From Verrucomicrobiales bacterium (GTDB lineage Bacteria > Verrucomicrobiota > Verrucomicrobiia > Limisphaerales > UBA9464): a stretch of 64,000 nt of DNA. The stretch lies in NCBI GenBank assembly GCA_027490985.1, contig JAIXXC010000153.1:20592-84591 (forward strand). The letters are read 5' to 3'. The notes below the pieces were generated by a model. It was not told the DNA's origin. It was given only the letters and a program-made list of their open reading frames with translations, and did not search any database. Shown in pieces: positions 10,742-20,957 of this stretch (position 1 is its first letter; each line of letters begins with the position of its first letter). The position numbers and the translations under genes were made by a program.

Positions 10742-11311
10742 CTAGTGGGCGTCGACCGGGAAGGACTCCTGCGCCTGGGCCTCCTCCAGCTTGTGCTTCC
10801 ATTTCTGGATGCCGGCATGGGTGCCCCCGAGCTTCAGGAGCTTCTCCTTGTTGAAGATCATCGATTCGCGGTTCTCGGCCGTGATCGAGTAGTCCTTCTG
10901 CAGGAAGATGGCCTCCTCGGGGCAGACCTCCTGGCACATGCCGCAGAAGATGCACCGCAGCATGTTGATCTCGAACTCACGCGGCATCTTCTCGGCGTTC
11001 TTTCGGTCGGCCGGTTGACCCTCCGCGCCCGGAGGGGTGATGCGGATGGCTTTGGGCGGACAGACGAACTCGCACAACTGGCAGCTCACGCACTTGGTGG
11101 CGCCGTCCTGGTCTTTCACCAGGTAGGGGGCCCCGCGATAGCCTTCGGGCACCACCCAGCGCTCCTCGGGATACTGCATGGTCACGGACTTGCCCTTGAA
11201 GACGGTGTCCGCGAAGTGCTTGGCCGTCACCTTGAGGCCGCCGAGGATGGTCGGCAGATAGGTGCGCTCGTAGAAGGTCAGCGGGGCGCGATCGACAACT
11301 TTGGTGCTCAT
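10742..11311 (-). CDS. nuoI: NADH-quinone oxidoreductase subunit I (2x[4Fe-4S] ferredoxin)
   Basis: 189 aa with two CxxCxxCxxxCP motifs (CVSCQLCEFVCP, CIFCGMCQEVCP). Confidence 0.9.
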   Translation of the reverse strand: MSTKVVDRAPLTFYERTYLPTILGGLKVTAKHFADTVFKGKSVTMQYPEERWVVPEGYRGAPYLVKDQDGATKCVSCQLCEFVCPPKAIRITPPGAEGQPADRKNAEKMPREFEINMLRCIFCGMCQEVCPEEAIFLQKDYSITAENRESMIFNKEKLLKLGGTHAGIQKWKHKLEEAQAQESFPVDAH

Positions 11312-11327
11312 GGGGTCGTGGGGCGGA

Positions 11328-12419
11328 TCAGTTGTTGAACAAGGCGACCACGAGCGCGGTCACCACGATGTTGGCGAGGGCCAGGGGGATGAATCGGCGC
11401 CACCCGAGATCCATCAGTTGGTCGTACCGGAAGCGCGGGAGCATCCAGCGCACCCAGATGAAGACGATCATGAAGAAGGCCATCTTGGCGAAGAACACCC
11501 CGATGTGGACGAGGCCGAGCAGCAGTGAATTGGCCGGCAGGCTCAAGGCGTCGACGAAGGGCAACGTCCAGCCGCCGAGGAAGAGCGTCACCATCATGGC
11601 CGACGAGGCGATCATGTTGGCGTACTCGCCCAGGAAGAAGAGGGCGAACTTCATCGAGCTGTACTCGGTGTGATAACCCCCCACGAGCTCGGACTCGGAC
11701 TCCGGCAGATCGAAGGGCAGACGGTTGGTCTCGGCGAAGGCCGCGATCAGGAAGATGACAAAGGCCAGCGGCTGTTTGAGGATCATCCAACCGTGTTCGG
11801 CCTGGTAGCGGATGATGTCGCTCAGGTTGAGGCTCTCGGTGAGCAGGAAGATCGGGATCACGCTCATGCCCATGGCGATCTCATACGAGATCATCTGGGC
11901 GCTCGAGCGGATGCTGCCGAGAAAGGGATACTTGGAATTGGAGCCGTAGCCGGCCAGCACGATGCCGTACACGCCCAACGACACGATGCCGAAGGTGTAC
12001 AGGATGCCGACATTCAGATCGGCGATGACCATCTTCTCGCTGCCGAGGTTGGAGCCGAAGGGGATGACCGCGACGGTGAGCAGCGCCGGGATCACCGTGA
12101 TGGCCGGAGCCAGCCAGAAGTACACCTTGCGGACGTAGCTGGGGGTGAAGTCTTCCTTCAGCAGGAACTTCAGACCGTCGGCCGCCGGCTGGAAAATGCC
12201 CAGCTTCACGAGGAACGGGCCGATGACCGGCAGGTAGTCGACGAAGAACGGAGCCGTGCGGTTCGGGCCGACCCGGTCCTGGATCCACGCCGACACCTTG
12301 CGCTCGACGAGCACCGCGTAGGCGACGGCCGTCATCACCACCCCGAAGACGACGCCGATCTTCAGCGCACTGAAGAGGATCATCTGCGCGGTCGGACTGA
12401 GATAATTGATGGCATCCAT
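11328..12419 (-). CDS. nuoH: NADH-quinone oxidoreductase subunit H
   Basis: 363 aa polytopic protein with NuoH/ND1 blocks (QDRVGPNR, GYHTEYSSMKFALFFLGEY). Confidence 0.9.
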   Translation of the reverse strand: MDAINYLSPTAQMILFSALKIGVVFGVVMTAVAYAVLVERKVSAWIQDRVGPNRTAPFFVDYLPVIGPFLVKLGIFQPAADGLKFLLKEDFTPSYVRKVYFWLAPAITVIPALLTVAVIPFGSNLGSEKMVIADLNVGILYTFGIVSLGVYGIVLAGYGSNSKYPFLGSIRSSAQMISYEIAMGMSVIPIFLLTESLNLSDIIRYQAEHGWMILKQPLAFVIFLIAAFAETNRLPFDLPESESELVGGYHTEYSSMKFALFFLGEYANMIASSAMMVTLFLGGWTLPFVDALSLPANSLLLGLVHIGVFFAKMAFFMIVFIWVRWMLPRFRYDQLMDLGWRRFIPLALANIVVTALVVALFNN

Positions 12420-12425
12420 GGTCTG

Positions 12426-14168
12426 TCAGATCTGAACCGCGACTCCGGTATCGCCCACCCGGGCCCATTCGAGCCCGGCGAAGGCCGGCACCTCGGCGGC
12501 CATCTGGTTGAAGAGCCCCTCGATGGTCCGGTATCCGTTCTGGCCGGTCAGCGAGTGCACCAGCCCGTGCAGGAATTCCCATTCGGCGCGGGCGTCACCC
12601 GGCGCCTCGACCGCCTTGTGGAACTTCTGCAGGCGCCCCTTGACGTTCACGAACGTGCCCCGCTTCTCGGCATGGGCCGCACCCGGCAGCAGCAGGGTGG
12701 CCGCGGCCGTGGTGGCATTGGGCAGGATGTCGCTGACGATGAGCGCATCGAGCTTGGCCAGCAGGTCGGCACCGATGCCGGCCCGGGTGACGTCTTCACC
12801 GAAGACCACCAGCGTCTTGATGCGGCCCTGGGCGATGCCGTCGGCGATCTTCAGGAGATTGAATCCGAACTCGGTGAAGGCCATGCCGGTCAGACGCACG
12901 CCGTTGCTGTTGGGATTGCGGTCTTCGCTCACCAGCAGGCGGTCGGGCTCACCATCGCGGGCGACCGCATCGGTCAGGGCCCCGGTGTGGTTGGCCAGCT
13001 TCTTGAGCAGGAAGAGCTCTTCATTGGTCTGACGCCCCGACACCACGAAGGCCACGCTGCCTTGGGGAGCCTGGGTCAGGATGAGGGCGGCCGACTCGAG
13101 GGCGGCGTTCCACGAAACGCGCTCGCGGGTCCCGCCCGCCGAGAGGCGCAGCACTTCCTTCAGGCGATCGGCACGCCCCACCCAGCGGTAGTTCAGGCGT
13201 CCGCTGTCGCACATCCACGGTCCGTTCACCGCGTCGTTCTCGCGCGGCTCGTAGCGGTGGATGGCGCCCTCGCGTGAACCGATGGTGATGTTGCAGCCCG
13301 TGCCACAACTGGTGCAGAGGCTCTTGGTCTCCTTGAGGAACCAGACCCGCATCTTGAAACGGAAATCCTTGGAGGTCAGGGCACCCACCGGGCACAGATC
13401 CACGGTGTTGAGCGTGTAGTTGTTGTCGAAGTGACCCGGCTTGAACGCGCTGATCGTGTTGTAGGAACCGCGGTTCACGATGCCCAGGGCGTCGTCGCCG
13501 GCGATGTCGCGCGTGAAGCGGATGCACCGGGTGCACAGGATGCAACGCTCATCATCGAGCACGATGCGCGGCCCCAGATCGACCGCCTTGGGTTTGTGGA
13601 CCTTGGCCTCGACGAACTGGCTTCCGGCCTTGCCGTGCTGGACCGAGTATTCCTGGAGCTTGCACTCGCCGGCCTGATCGCAGATCGGGCAGTCGAGCGG
13701 GTGGTTGATCAGCAACGATTCGAGGACCGACTCGCGCATCTGCTGCGTGGCCTTCGAATTGGCGTAGATCTCCATGCCCGGCGAGATGGGCGTCGCGCAG
13801 GCGATGGCACCCCGGGGGGTTCCCGGCTCGTAGGGCAGCACCGACTTGGCGATCTTCGGCGTGCCGTCTTCGTTGAGCACCGGCTTGCGGTCGGGGCCGA
13901 TCATCGGCGTGCCGAACTCCACCAGGCACATGCGGCAGTTGCCCGCGACAGGCAGCTTGTCGTGGTAGCAGTAGTGCGGGATGTCCACGCCGGCGATCTT
14001 GGCCGCCTGGAGCATGGTCGTCGGCGCGGGCTTGCCCTGCCAGTCGGGCATGGTCTTGGGCACCTGCACGGTCTTGCCGTTGACCGTCACGGTCATGGTC
14101 TCGACCGGCGGGGCCGCCGGAGCGGGAGCCGGGGCCGGGGTGGTGGAGGGAGCAGCGGGGGCGGACAT
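12426..14168 (-). CDS. nuoG: NADH-quinone oxidoreductase subunit G (short form)
   Basis: 580 aa. N-terminal 2Fe-2S region (CYHDKLPVAGNCRMCLVE), HPLDCPICDQAGEC, and further Fe-S cysteine clusters followed by a molybdopterin-oxidoreductase-like domain. Confidence 0.9.
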   Translation of the reverse strand: MSAPAAPSTTPAPAPAPAAPPVETMTVTVNGKTVQVPKTMPDWQGKPAPTTMLQAAKIAGVDIPHYCYHDKLPVAGNCRMCLVEFGTPMIGPDRKPVLNEDGTPKIAKSVLPYEPGTPRGAIACATPISPGMEIYANSKATQQMRESVLESLLINHPLDCPICDQAGECKLQEYSVQHGKAGSQFVEAKVHKPKAVDLGPRIVLDDERCILCTRCIRFTRDIAGDDALGIVNRGSYNTISAFKPGHFDNNYTLNTVDLCPVGALTSKDFRFKMRVWFLKETKSLCTSCGTGCNITIGSREGAIHRYEPRENDAVNGPWMCDSGRLNYRWVGRADRLKEVLRLSAGGTRERVSWNAALESAALILTQAPQGSVAFVVSGRQTNEELFLLKKLANHTGALTDAVARDGEPDRLLVSEDRNPNSNGVRLTGMAFTEFGFNLLKIADGIAQGRIKTLVVFGEDVTRAGIGADLLAKLDALIVSDILPNATTAAATLLLPGAAHAEKRGTFVNVKGRLQKFHKAVEAPGDARAEWEFLHGLVHSLTGQNGYRTIEGLFNQMAAEVPAFAGLEWARVGDTGVAVQI

Positions 14169-14174
14169 CGGAGA

Positions 14175-15623
<1,449 letters not shown>

Positions 15624-15677
15624 GGCTTTGCTTGACTCAGAAAGAGTTCCCGGTAAGGTCGCGGCTTCGGTTCCGGC

Positions 15678-15751
15678 TGCCCGATGGTGTAATGGTAGCA
15701 CAACAGTCTCTGAATCTGTTTGTCATGGTTCGAATCCATGTCGGGCAACCA
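15678..15751 (+). tRNA. tRNA-Gln (anticodon CUG), CCA encoded
   Basis: Hand-folded cloverleaf. Acceptor TGCCCGA/TCGGGCA is 7 bp and perfect. D arm is GTGT-AATGGTA-GCAC. Anticodon stem ACAGT/TCTGT has one U-U pair, with loop CT-CTG-AA. T arm is CATGG-TTCGAAT-CCATG. Discriminator A is followed by CCA. Confidence 0.85.
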
Positions 15752-16003
15752 CTCGCTGGAACCGTTTCTTCAGGCTTTTCGATAGGCTCAAAGGGCTCAA
15801 AGGGCTCGATAAACCTTTCGAACTTTTCGGCTTTTCCAAGCTGTCCAGCCTTTTCAGGCCTTCCGACCCGGGCTTTCAAACCCGAGGTCACCGACACCAC
15901 AACCCCGTCAACGGCGACACACGCCGCCGAACCCGTGAAGGTCGGGCGAGCCACCGCAATGCGGCTGGAGCCTTTGGACTGGGTGCAGGACGGGGTCATC
16001 GGG

Positions 16004-16513
16004 TCATCGGGCGGCTTGGCCCTGCTTCACTTGGCCTTGCTTCAGAATAGCGTCGGCCTCGGCGGTTCCCACCTTGTGGTGGAGGTCTTCGTTGACCAGC
16101 ACCACCGGAGCCGTGCCGCAGCTGGCCAGGCATTCCACGAATTCGACGGTGAACTGGCCGTCGGGAGTGGTCTGCGGTGCGTGGGCGTGGGGATCGAGCC
16201 CGAGCTTCGTGCAGAAGCGCTCCCGCAGCTCGGCGCTTCCGGCCAATGAACAGCTCAGGGTGCGGCACACCTTGATGTGCGTCTTGCCCAACGGTTCCTG
16301 GCGGAACATGGGATAGAACGTCACCAGCTCGTACACATTGATCGGCTGCAGGTCCAACTTGCGGGCGGTCCACTCCACGGCCTCTTTCGAGATGTACCCG
16401 AAGTGCTCCTGCAACGCGTGCAGGAACATCAGCGAGGCACTCCGCTTGACCGGATAGTGCGTGGTGAGCTCATCGAGCTCGGCTTCCAAACTGGCGGGAA
16501 CAGAAAAGCTCAT
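16004..16513 (-). CDS. nuoE: NADH-quinone oxidoreductase subunit E (2Fe-2S)
   Basis: 169 aa thioredoxin-like [2Fe-2S] subunit. Cysteines lie in CRTLSCSLAG ... CLASCGTAP. Confidence 0.9.
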   Translation of the reverse strand: MSFSVPASLEAELDELTTHYPVKRSASLMFLHALQEHFGYISKEAVEWTARKLDLQPINVYELVTFYPMFRQEPLGKTHIKVCRTLSCSLAGSAELRERFCTKLGLDPHAHAPQTTPDGQFTVEFVECLASCGTAPVVLVNEDLHHKVGTAEADAILKQGQVKQGQAAR

Positions 16514-16526
16514 CGGTGAAGTCCGG

Positions 16527-17819
16527 TTATCGGTCGCACTCGCCCATCACGAAGTCGAAGGAACCCAGGATGGAAACCACATCGCTCATGAGGTGCCCCG
16601 GCAACACCGCCGGCAGGATACCCAGATTCACGAATGATGGGGCGCGGATCTTGAGGCGGTAGGGTGTGCCGCCTCCGCGGCTGTTGATGTAGAAACCGAG
16701 TTCGCCCTTGGGGTTCTCGGCGCCGAAATAGACTTCGCCCGCCGGCGCATTCACGCCCTGGGTGACGATCATGAACTGGTGGATCAGCTCTTCCATGCTG
16801 GTCAGCACCTTGTTCTTGGGCGGCAGAACCACCTTGCCATCGGCCACGTTGATGGGCTCCTTGCCGGCATTGTCGGGGCCGCCCGGGATGCGGTCGAGGC
16901 ACTGGCGGATGATGCGCACGCTCTGGCGCATCTCTTCCATGCGAACCAGGTACCGGTCGTAGGAATCGCCCACCGAACCGATCGGGATGTCGAAGTCGAG
17001 GTCCTTGTAGACGAGGTACGGATGGGCCTTGCGGACGTCGTAATCGACGCCGCTGCCGCGCAGATTGGGGCCGGTCAGGCCGTAATCGATGGCCAGCTCC
17101 TTGGAGATCACACCCACATCGCGGGTGCGGTCGACGAAGATGCGATTGCGCGTGAGCAGCGTCTCGGACTCGTCGAAGTTGACGACCACCTCGTCGAGGA
17201 ACTTGCGCACCGCCGCCACCCAGCCCGGAGGGCAATCGCGGGTCATGCCGCCGATGCGGGTGTAGCTGGTGGTGAAGCGCGCGCCGGTGAGGGCCTCGCA
17301 CAGGTTGTAGATCTTCTCGCGCTCGGTGAAGGTGTGCAGGAACACCGTCAGGGCGCCCACATCCATGGCGAAGGCGCCCAGACCGAGGAGGTGGGCCGAG
17401 ATGCGGGCCAACTCGCAGCAGATCACGCGCAAATACTGGCAGCGCGGGGGCAGCTGGGTGTCGATGCCCATGAGCTTCTCGACGGCCAGCGCATAGGCCA
17501 CGTTGTTGGCCAGGGGCGCGAGGTAGTCCAACCGGTCCGTGTAGGGCACGAACTGGTTGTAGGTCATGTTCTCGGCGATCTTCTCATCGCCCCGGTGCAG
17601 GTAGCCCACATCGGGGATCGCCTTGGTGATCGTCTCGCCGTCCAGCTCGATGACGATGCGCAGCACCCCGTGGGTCGAGGGGTGCGACGGCCCCATGTTG
17701 AGGACCAGTTTGTCGCCGTGGAGATCCAGCAGATCGTCGCCCGAGTTCGGGCCTCCGGATTGCACGGCCTGCGCCGCCCGGGCCGCGGCGTCTTTGAATT
17801 CGATGGTTTGAGTCGCCAT
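16527..17819 (-). CDS. nuoD: NADH-quinone oxidoreductase subunit D
   Basis: 430 aa with NMGPSHPSTHGVLR and the C-terminal SILGSFDFVMGECDR signature. Confidence 0.9.
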   Translation of the reverse strand: MATQTIEFKDAAARAAQAVQSGGPNSGDDLLDLHGDKLVLNMGPSHPSTHGVLRIVIELDGETITKAIPDVGYLHRGDEKIAENMTYNQFVPYTDRLDYLAPLANNVAYALAVEKLMGIDTQLPPRCQYLRVICCELARISAHLLGLGAFAMDVGALTVFLHTFTEREKIYNLCEALTGARFTTSYTRIGGMTRDCPPGWVAAVRKFLDEVVVNFDESETLLTRNRIFVDRTRDVGVISKELAIDYGLTGPNLRGSGVDYDVRKAHPYLVYKDLDFDIPIGSVGDSYDRYLVRMEEMRQSVRIIRQCLDRIPGGPDNAGKEPINVADGKVVLPPKNKVLTSMEELIHQFMIVTQGVNAPAGEVYFGAENPKGELGFYINSRGGGTPYRLKIRAPSFVNLGILPAVLPGHLMSDVVSILGSFDFVMGECDR

Positions 17820-17822
17820 GGT

Positions 17823-18404
17823 CTATTCTTCCGGGGTTCGGACGCGAGGTTCGCGGGCTGCGGAATCCTTGCCGCCGGGCAGGGTCACGAAAGGGCCGCC
17901 CTCCAGCGGGGCGGGTTGGGAGAACGCCGTGTCGGGAAGCACCGTCGGCTTGCCCGCCAGCGGAAAATCCTTGCGGAGGGGAAAGTACGGATAGCCCTCC
18001 CACATGAGGATGCGACGCAGGTCCGGATGGCCGGAGAAGGTGATCCCCATCATGTCGTAGGCCTCCCGCTCATGCCAATCGGCCGTGCGCCAGACCTGCG
18101 ACACGGTCGGCAACGCCGAGCGCTCCTCTCCGACGTGGGTCTTGAGGCGCAGGTGCCGGCCGTGACCGATGCCCGAAAGCTCGTACACCACCGTCCAACG
18201 CGGATCGTCGCCGTAATTGTCGACGCTGCTCAGATCGAGCAGGAGGTCGAAACCCAGAACCGTCTTGGCATGCTGGCACACCTCGGTGATGCGCTCCGGA
18301 TCGGCCACGGTCACGGTCACCTCGCCCCGGAATTCGAGAGGCTCGGAGATCAGGTCGCCAAACTTCTCACGAAGCTGGCCGGCGAGTTCAGGGGAAGTCG
18401 GCAC
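17823..18404 (-). CDS. nuoC: NADH-quinone oxidoreductase subunit C
   Basis: The track ORF extends to 18695 and would overlap nuoB by about 280 nt. It was trimmed to the in-frame GTG at 18404, just after the nuoB stop (the exact start is uncertain). NuoC blocks: DLSSVDNYG, WHEREAYDMMGITFSGHPDLRRIL. Confidence 0.8.
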   Translation of the reverse strand: MPTSPELAGQLREKFGDLISEPLEFRGEVTVTVADPERITEVCQHAKTVLGFDLLLDLSSVDNYGDDPRWTVVYELSGIGHGRHLRLKTHVGEERSALPTVSQVWRTADWHEREAYDMMGITFSGHPDLRRILMWEGYPYFPLRKDFPLAGKPTVLPDTAFSQPAPLEGGPFVTLPGGKDSAAREPRVRTPEE

Positions 18405-18418
18405 AGGAGGACTTGAAA

Positions 18419-19027
18419 TCAGGGTTTTTGTTGCAGGACTTCTCCGTGGGCACCCAGTTCCAGGCCCATGCGGCCGTATTTCTCGGGCGCGACATCCCGC
18501 TTGAGGTCGCGGGTGATCGGCTCCCGGGCCACCTTGTCCTGCAGACGGATCAGCGCGTCGAGCAGCGCCTCGGGGCGCGGAGGGCATCCGGCGACATACA
18601 CGTCGACCGGGAGGATGTTGTCGACGCCCTGCAGCACGGCATAACTGCGATACATGCCCCCGGTGGAGGCACAGGCCCCCATCGCGATGACCCACTTGGG
18701 CTCGGCCATCTGTTCATAGATACGCCGGACGGCCAGGGCCATCTTGTAGGTCACGGTGCCGGCGACAATCATCACGTCGGACTGACGCGGAGAAAAGCGC
18801 ATGACCTCGGAACCGAACCGGGAGATGTCAAAGCGGCTGGCACCCACCGCCATCAACTCGATCCCGCAACAGGCCAACCCCATGGGCATGGGCCAGAGGG
18901 AGTTCTTGCGGAACCAATTGAGGGCTGCGTCCACCGTGGTATGAACGACCTCACCTTCGATTTTCGAGTTGTACCCGAACTCAGTGGTGGACTTTCCGCC
19001 GATCACAGCTGGGGACGTTGCATCCAT
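18419..19027 (-). CDS. nuoB: NADH-quinone oxidoreductase subunit B
   Basis: 202 aa with [24 protein letters not shown] and [11 protein letters not shown] (N2 cluster ligands). Confidence 0.9.
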   Translation of the reverse strand: MDATSPAVIGGKSTTEFGYNSKIEGEVVHTTVDAALNWFRKNSLWPMPMGLACCGIELMAVGASRFDISRFGSEVMRFSPRQSDVMIVAGTVTYKMALAVRRIYEQMAEPKWVIAMGACASTGGMYRSYAVLQGVDNILPVDVYVAGCPPRPEALLDALIRLQDKVAREPITRDLKRDVAPEKYGRMGLELGAHGEVLQQKP

Positions 19028-19101
19028 AAACCAAAAGGGCGGGGAGTGTTCCCCGCGGACGCCGCAAACTATGTTTTCGATCCCAGTTGCAGCAAGCGGC
19101 T

Positions 19102-19121
19102 TTTGTGAATTTTTTCACAAA
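19102..19121. promoter_or_regulatory. Perfect inverted repeat TTTGTGAA-TTTT-TTCACAAA containing a TGTGA-N6-TCACA core (CRP/FNR-family type operator) upstream of nuoB
   Basis: Read directly from the sequence. The arms are 8 bp and perfect. The site sits 75-94 nt upstream of the nuoB ATG in a locally AT-richer intergenic region. Confidence 0.5.
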
Positions 19122-19252
19122 GTCACTGTGATTGAGCAGAACAGGGCTTCTGATACGGCTTGTTCATAGATCCGACGACGGCGGTGTCGGCTCAAAACCC
19201 CAGGAGTCATCCCCCTGCAACACGGGGAGCTTGATTCCCAAAGCCGCCCCGC

Positions 19253-19780
19253 TCACGGAGACGCCGGGCGGGCCATGCAGACGATATCATCGACCCGACC
19301 GTCGAGAATGCGCACCCCCCGTTTGACCCCCTCCACCTCGAAACCACGACTGCGGTAGAGGGCTTGGGCGGCGCTGTTCGAAGCGTAGACCTCGAGTTCC
19401 ACACGACTGAATCCGGCCGCTGGCGCCGCAGCCAGAGCCCGGTCGAGCAAAGCCTTCCCAAGACCAAGGCCACGCCAGGCAGACACCACCCCCATGCCCA
19501 GCCGTCCGTTGTGCTCATAGCCCGGATGCGGGTAGAGCCGGACGATATCGCACCATCCGACCACCTGCCGATCCCACACCGCGACCCATTGCGGCACCCC
19601 TGCGGCCTGATTCAACTGCACGAACATCCGGGTTTCTTCTTCCGAGAACGCCTCCACCGCCGCCAACCAACGCCGTTCACGGGCCACTTCACCCACGGCC
19701 CGGCACAACGCGGCGGCATGCACCGGATCGGTCGGCACGACGAGCACCTCCGGTGGCAGTGGGATCGGGCGGGTATTCAT
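19253..19780 (-). CDS. GNAT-family N-acetyltransferase
   Basis: Acetyl-CoA motif A (GMGVVSAWRGLGLGKALLDRAL) and a C-terminal YRSRGFEVEG block. The start was taken at the internal ATG (MNTRPIPLP); the track start at 19825 is also possible. Confidence 0.75.
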   Translation of the reverse strand: MNTRPIPLPPEVLVVPTDPVHAAALCRAVGEVARERRWLAAVEAFSEEETRMFVQLNQAAGVPQWVAVWDRQVVGWCDIVRLYPHPGYEHNGRLGMGVVSAWRGLGLGKALLDRALAAAPAAGFSRVELEVYASNSAAQALYRSRGFEVEGVKRGVRILDGRVDDIVCMARPASP

Positions 19781-20017
19781 GGATGAGGGCCAGGCATGAA
19801 CCCGCAAAGACCGGGGTTTGCGCAAGGGTTTGTGCCAGGGATGACGTCATTCCTCGGGGCTTCAGGACCCTGGGCCGTGCCTTCAGTGCAACCCACGGCC
19901 CGCGTCCCATCAAGCCCCGGTCCGAAGGGTGCAGGCCGTCGGGGTTGAAAAATCAGGCGTTGACACCCACGCCGGTGTTTGCTTCCTTCCACGTCCCCCT
20001 GTCGGGGGAAAGTTTTT

Positions 20018-20329
20018 ATGTACGCTGTTCTGGAAACCGGCGGTAAGCAGTACCGCGTCGCTGCAGGCGACACCCTCGAGATCGAACTCCTGCCCGCCAC
20101 TGCGGGTCAGGTCCACACATTCGACCGCGTCCTCCTCATCAACAAGGAAGGCAACGTCACCGTCGGCAATCCGGTCATCGCCGGCGCCACGGTCAAGGCC
20201 GATGTCGTGGAGCACATCCGCGGCGACAAGGTGGTGGCCTTCAAGATGCGCCGCCGCAAGGGTTATCACAAGAAGATCGGCCACCGTCAGGAACTGACCG
20301 TGGTGAAGGTCACCGAGATCAACGGCTAA
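20018..20329 (+). CDS. rplU: 50S ribosomal protein L21
   Basis: MYAVLETGGKQYRVAAGDTLEIE... The track ORF was trimmed to the ATG at 20018. Confidence 0.92.
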   Translation: MYAVLETGGKQYRVAAGDTLEIELLPATAGQVHTFDRVLLINKEGNVTVGNPVIAGATVKADVVEHIRGDKVVAFKMRRRKGYHKKIGHRQELTVVKVTEING

Positions 20330-20372
20330 CGATCAATCGACAACGATCAACGGCTAACACTCTTTTAGGTAT

Positions 20373-20633
20373 ATGGCTCACAAGAAAGGTCAAGGCAGTT
20401 CACGCAACGGACGCGACAGCGTCAGCAAGCGTCTGGGCGTCAAGGCGTACGGTTCCGAATTCGTGACCGCCGGCAGCATCCTGGTCCGCCAGCGCGGTTC
20501 CAAGTTCTCCGCCGGATCCAACGTCGGCACCGGTCGCGACTGGACCCTGTTCGCCCTCACCGACGGCACCGTCCAATTCGACAAGGCGCGCTCCCGCGTG
20601 AGCATCCTGCCTGCGGTCGAAGCGGCCGCCTGA
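20373..20633 (+). CDS. rpmA: 50S ribosomal protein L27
   Basis: [27 protein letters not shown]..., in the conserved rplU-rpmA-obg order. Confidence 0.92.
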   Translation: MAHKKGQGSSRNGRDSVSKRLGVKAYGSEFVTAGSILVRQRGSKFSAGSNVGTGRDWTLFALTDGTVQFDKARSRVSILPAVEAAA

Positions 20634-20665
20634 TCGGATCCCGCCGAGCCGGCGTCGCACCACTC

Positions 20666-20697
20666 GGCCCGAACCGTTTTCGAACGGTCTTCGGGCC
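20666..20697 (+). terminator. GC-rich hairpin after rpmA (possible terminator or attenuator; no clear U-tract)
   Basis: GGCCCGAA-CCGTT-TTCG-AACGG-TC-TTCGGGCC, immediately followed by the palindrome CCGGAGGCCTCCGG. Confidence 0.3.
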
Positions 20698-20957
20698 GGA
20701 GGCCTCCGGTGGAGATTCCGTTGCGGATCCCCACTGTCAGACCTTCAGCGGTGAGCGACAGGGTCGAACGACTACGGTTAACGACCACGGTGATCGACTG
20801 AAATCCCGGATCGAACGATCCGCGGTCTCAAACCGGCAGTCCCTCGGCAATCTCAACACACTCTTGGGCGAGGCTCATCGGGCCTCGCCTTTTTTCTTCA
20901 TGCTTCCCGGCTCGACAGAGCCTCGCCAACCCCACCCGCTTCCCCTATTCTCAGGTT

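Noticed and set aside
10674-10955. N-terminal extensions of track ORFs for nuoJ. The same issue applies to nuoF to 15701, nuoC to 18695, the propeller protein to 47581, the LamG protein to 60775 and the U32 peptidase from 27786.
   Set aside because: The extensions overlap the neighbouring gene or the tRNA and are Arg/Pro/Gly-rich. In each case the conserved or signal-peptide N-terminus begins at an internal start codon.
15637-15999. 120-aa minus-strand ORF in the nuoE-nuoF spacer.
   Set aside because: It overlaps the tRNA-Gln gene in antisense, has repetitive low-complexity sequence (EPFEPFEPIE) and no recognisable motif.
19981-20017. Small hairpin (CCCCC-TGTC-GGGGG) just upstream of rplU as a possible L21-leader riboswitch.
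   Set aside because: It is a single 5-bp stem, far smaller than known ribosomal-protein leaders, and I cannot assess its conservation.
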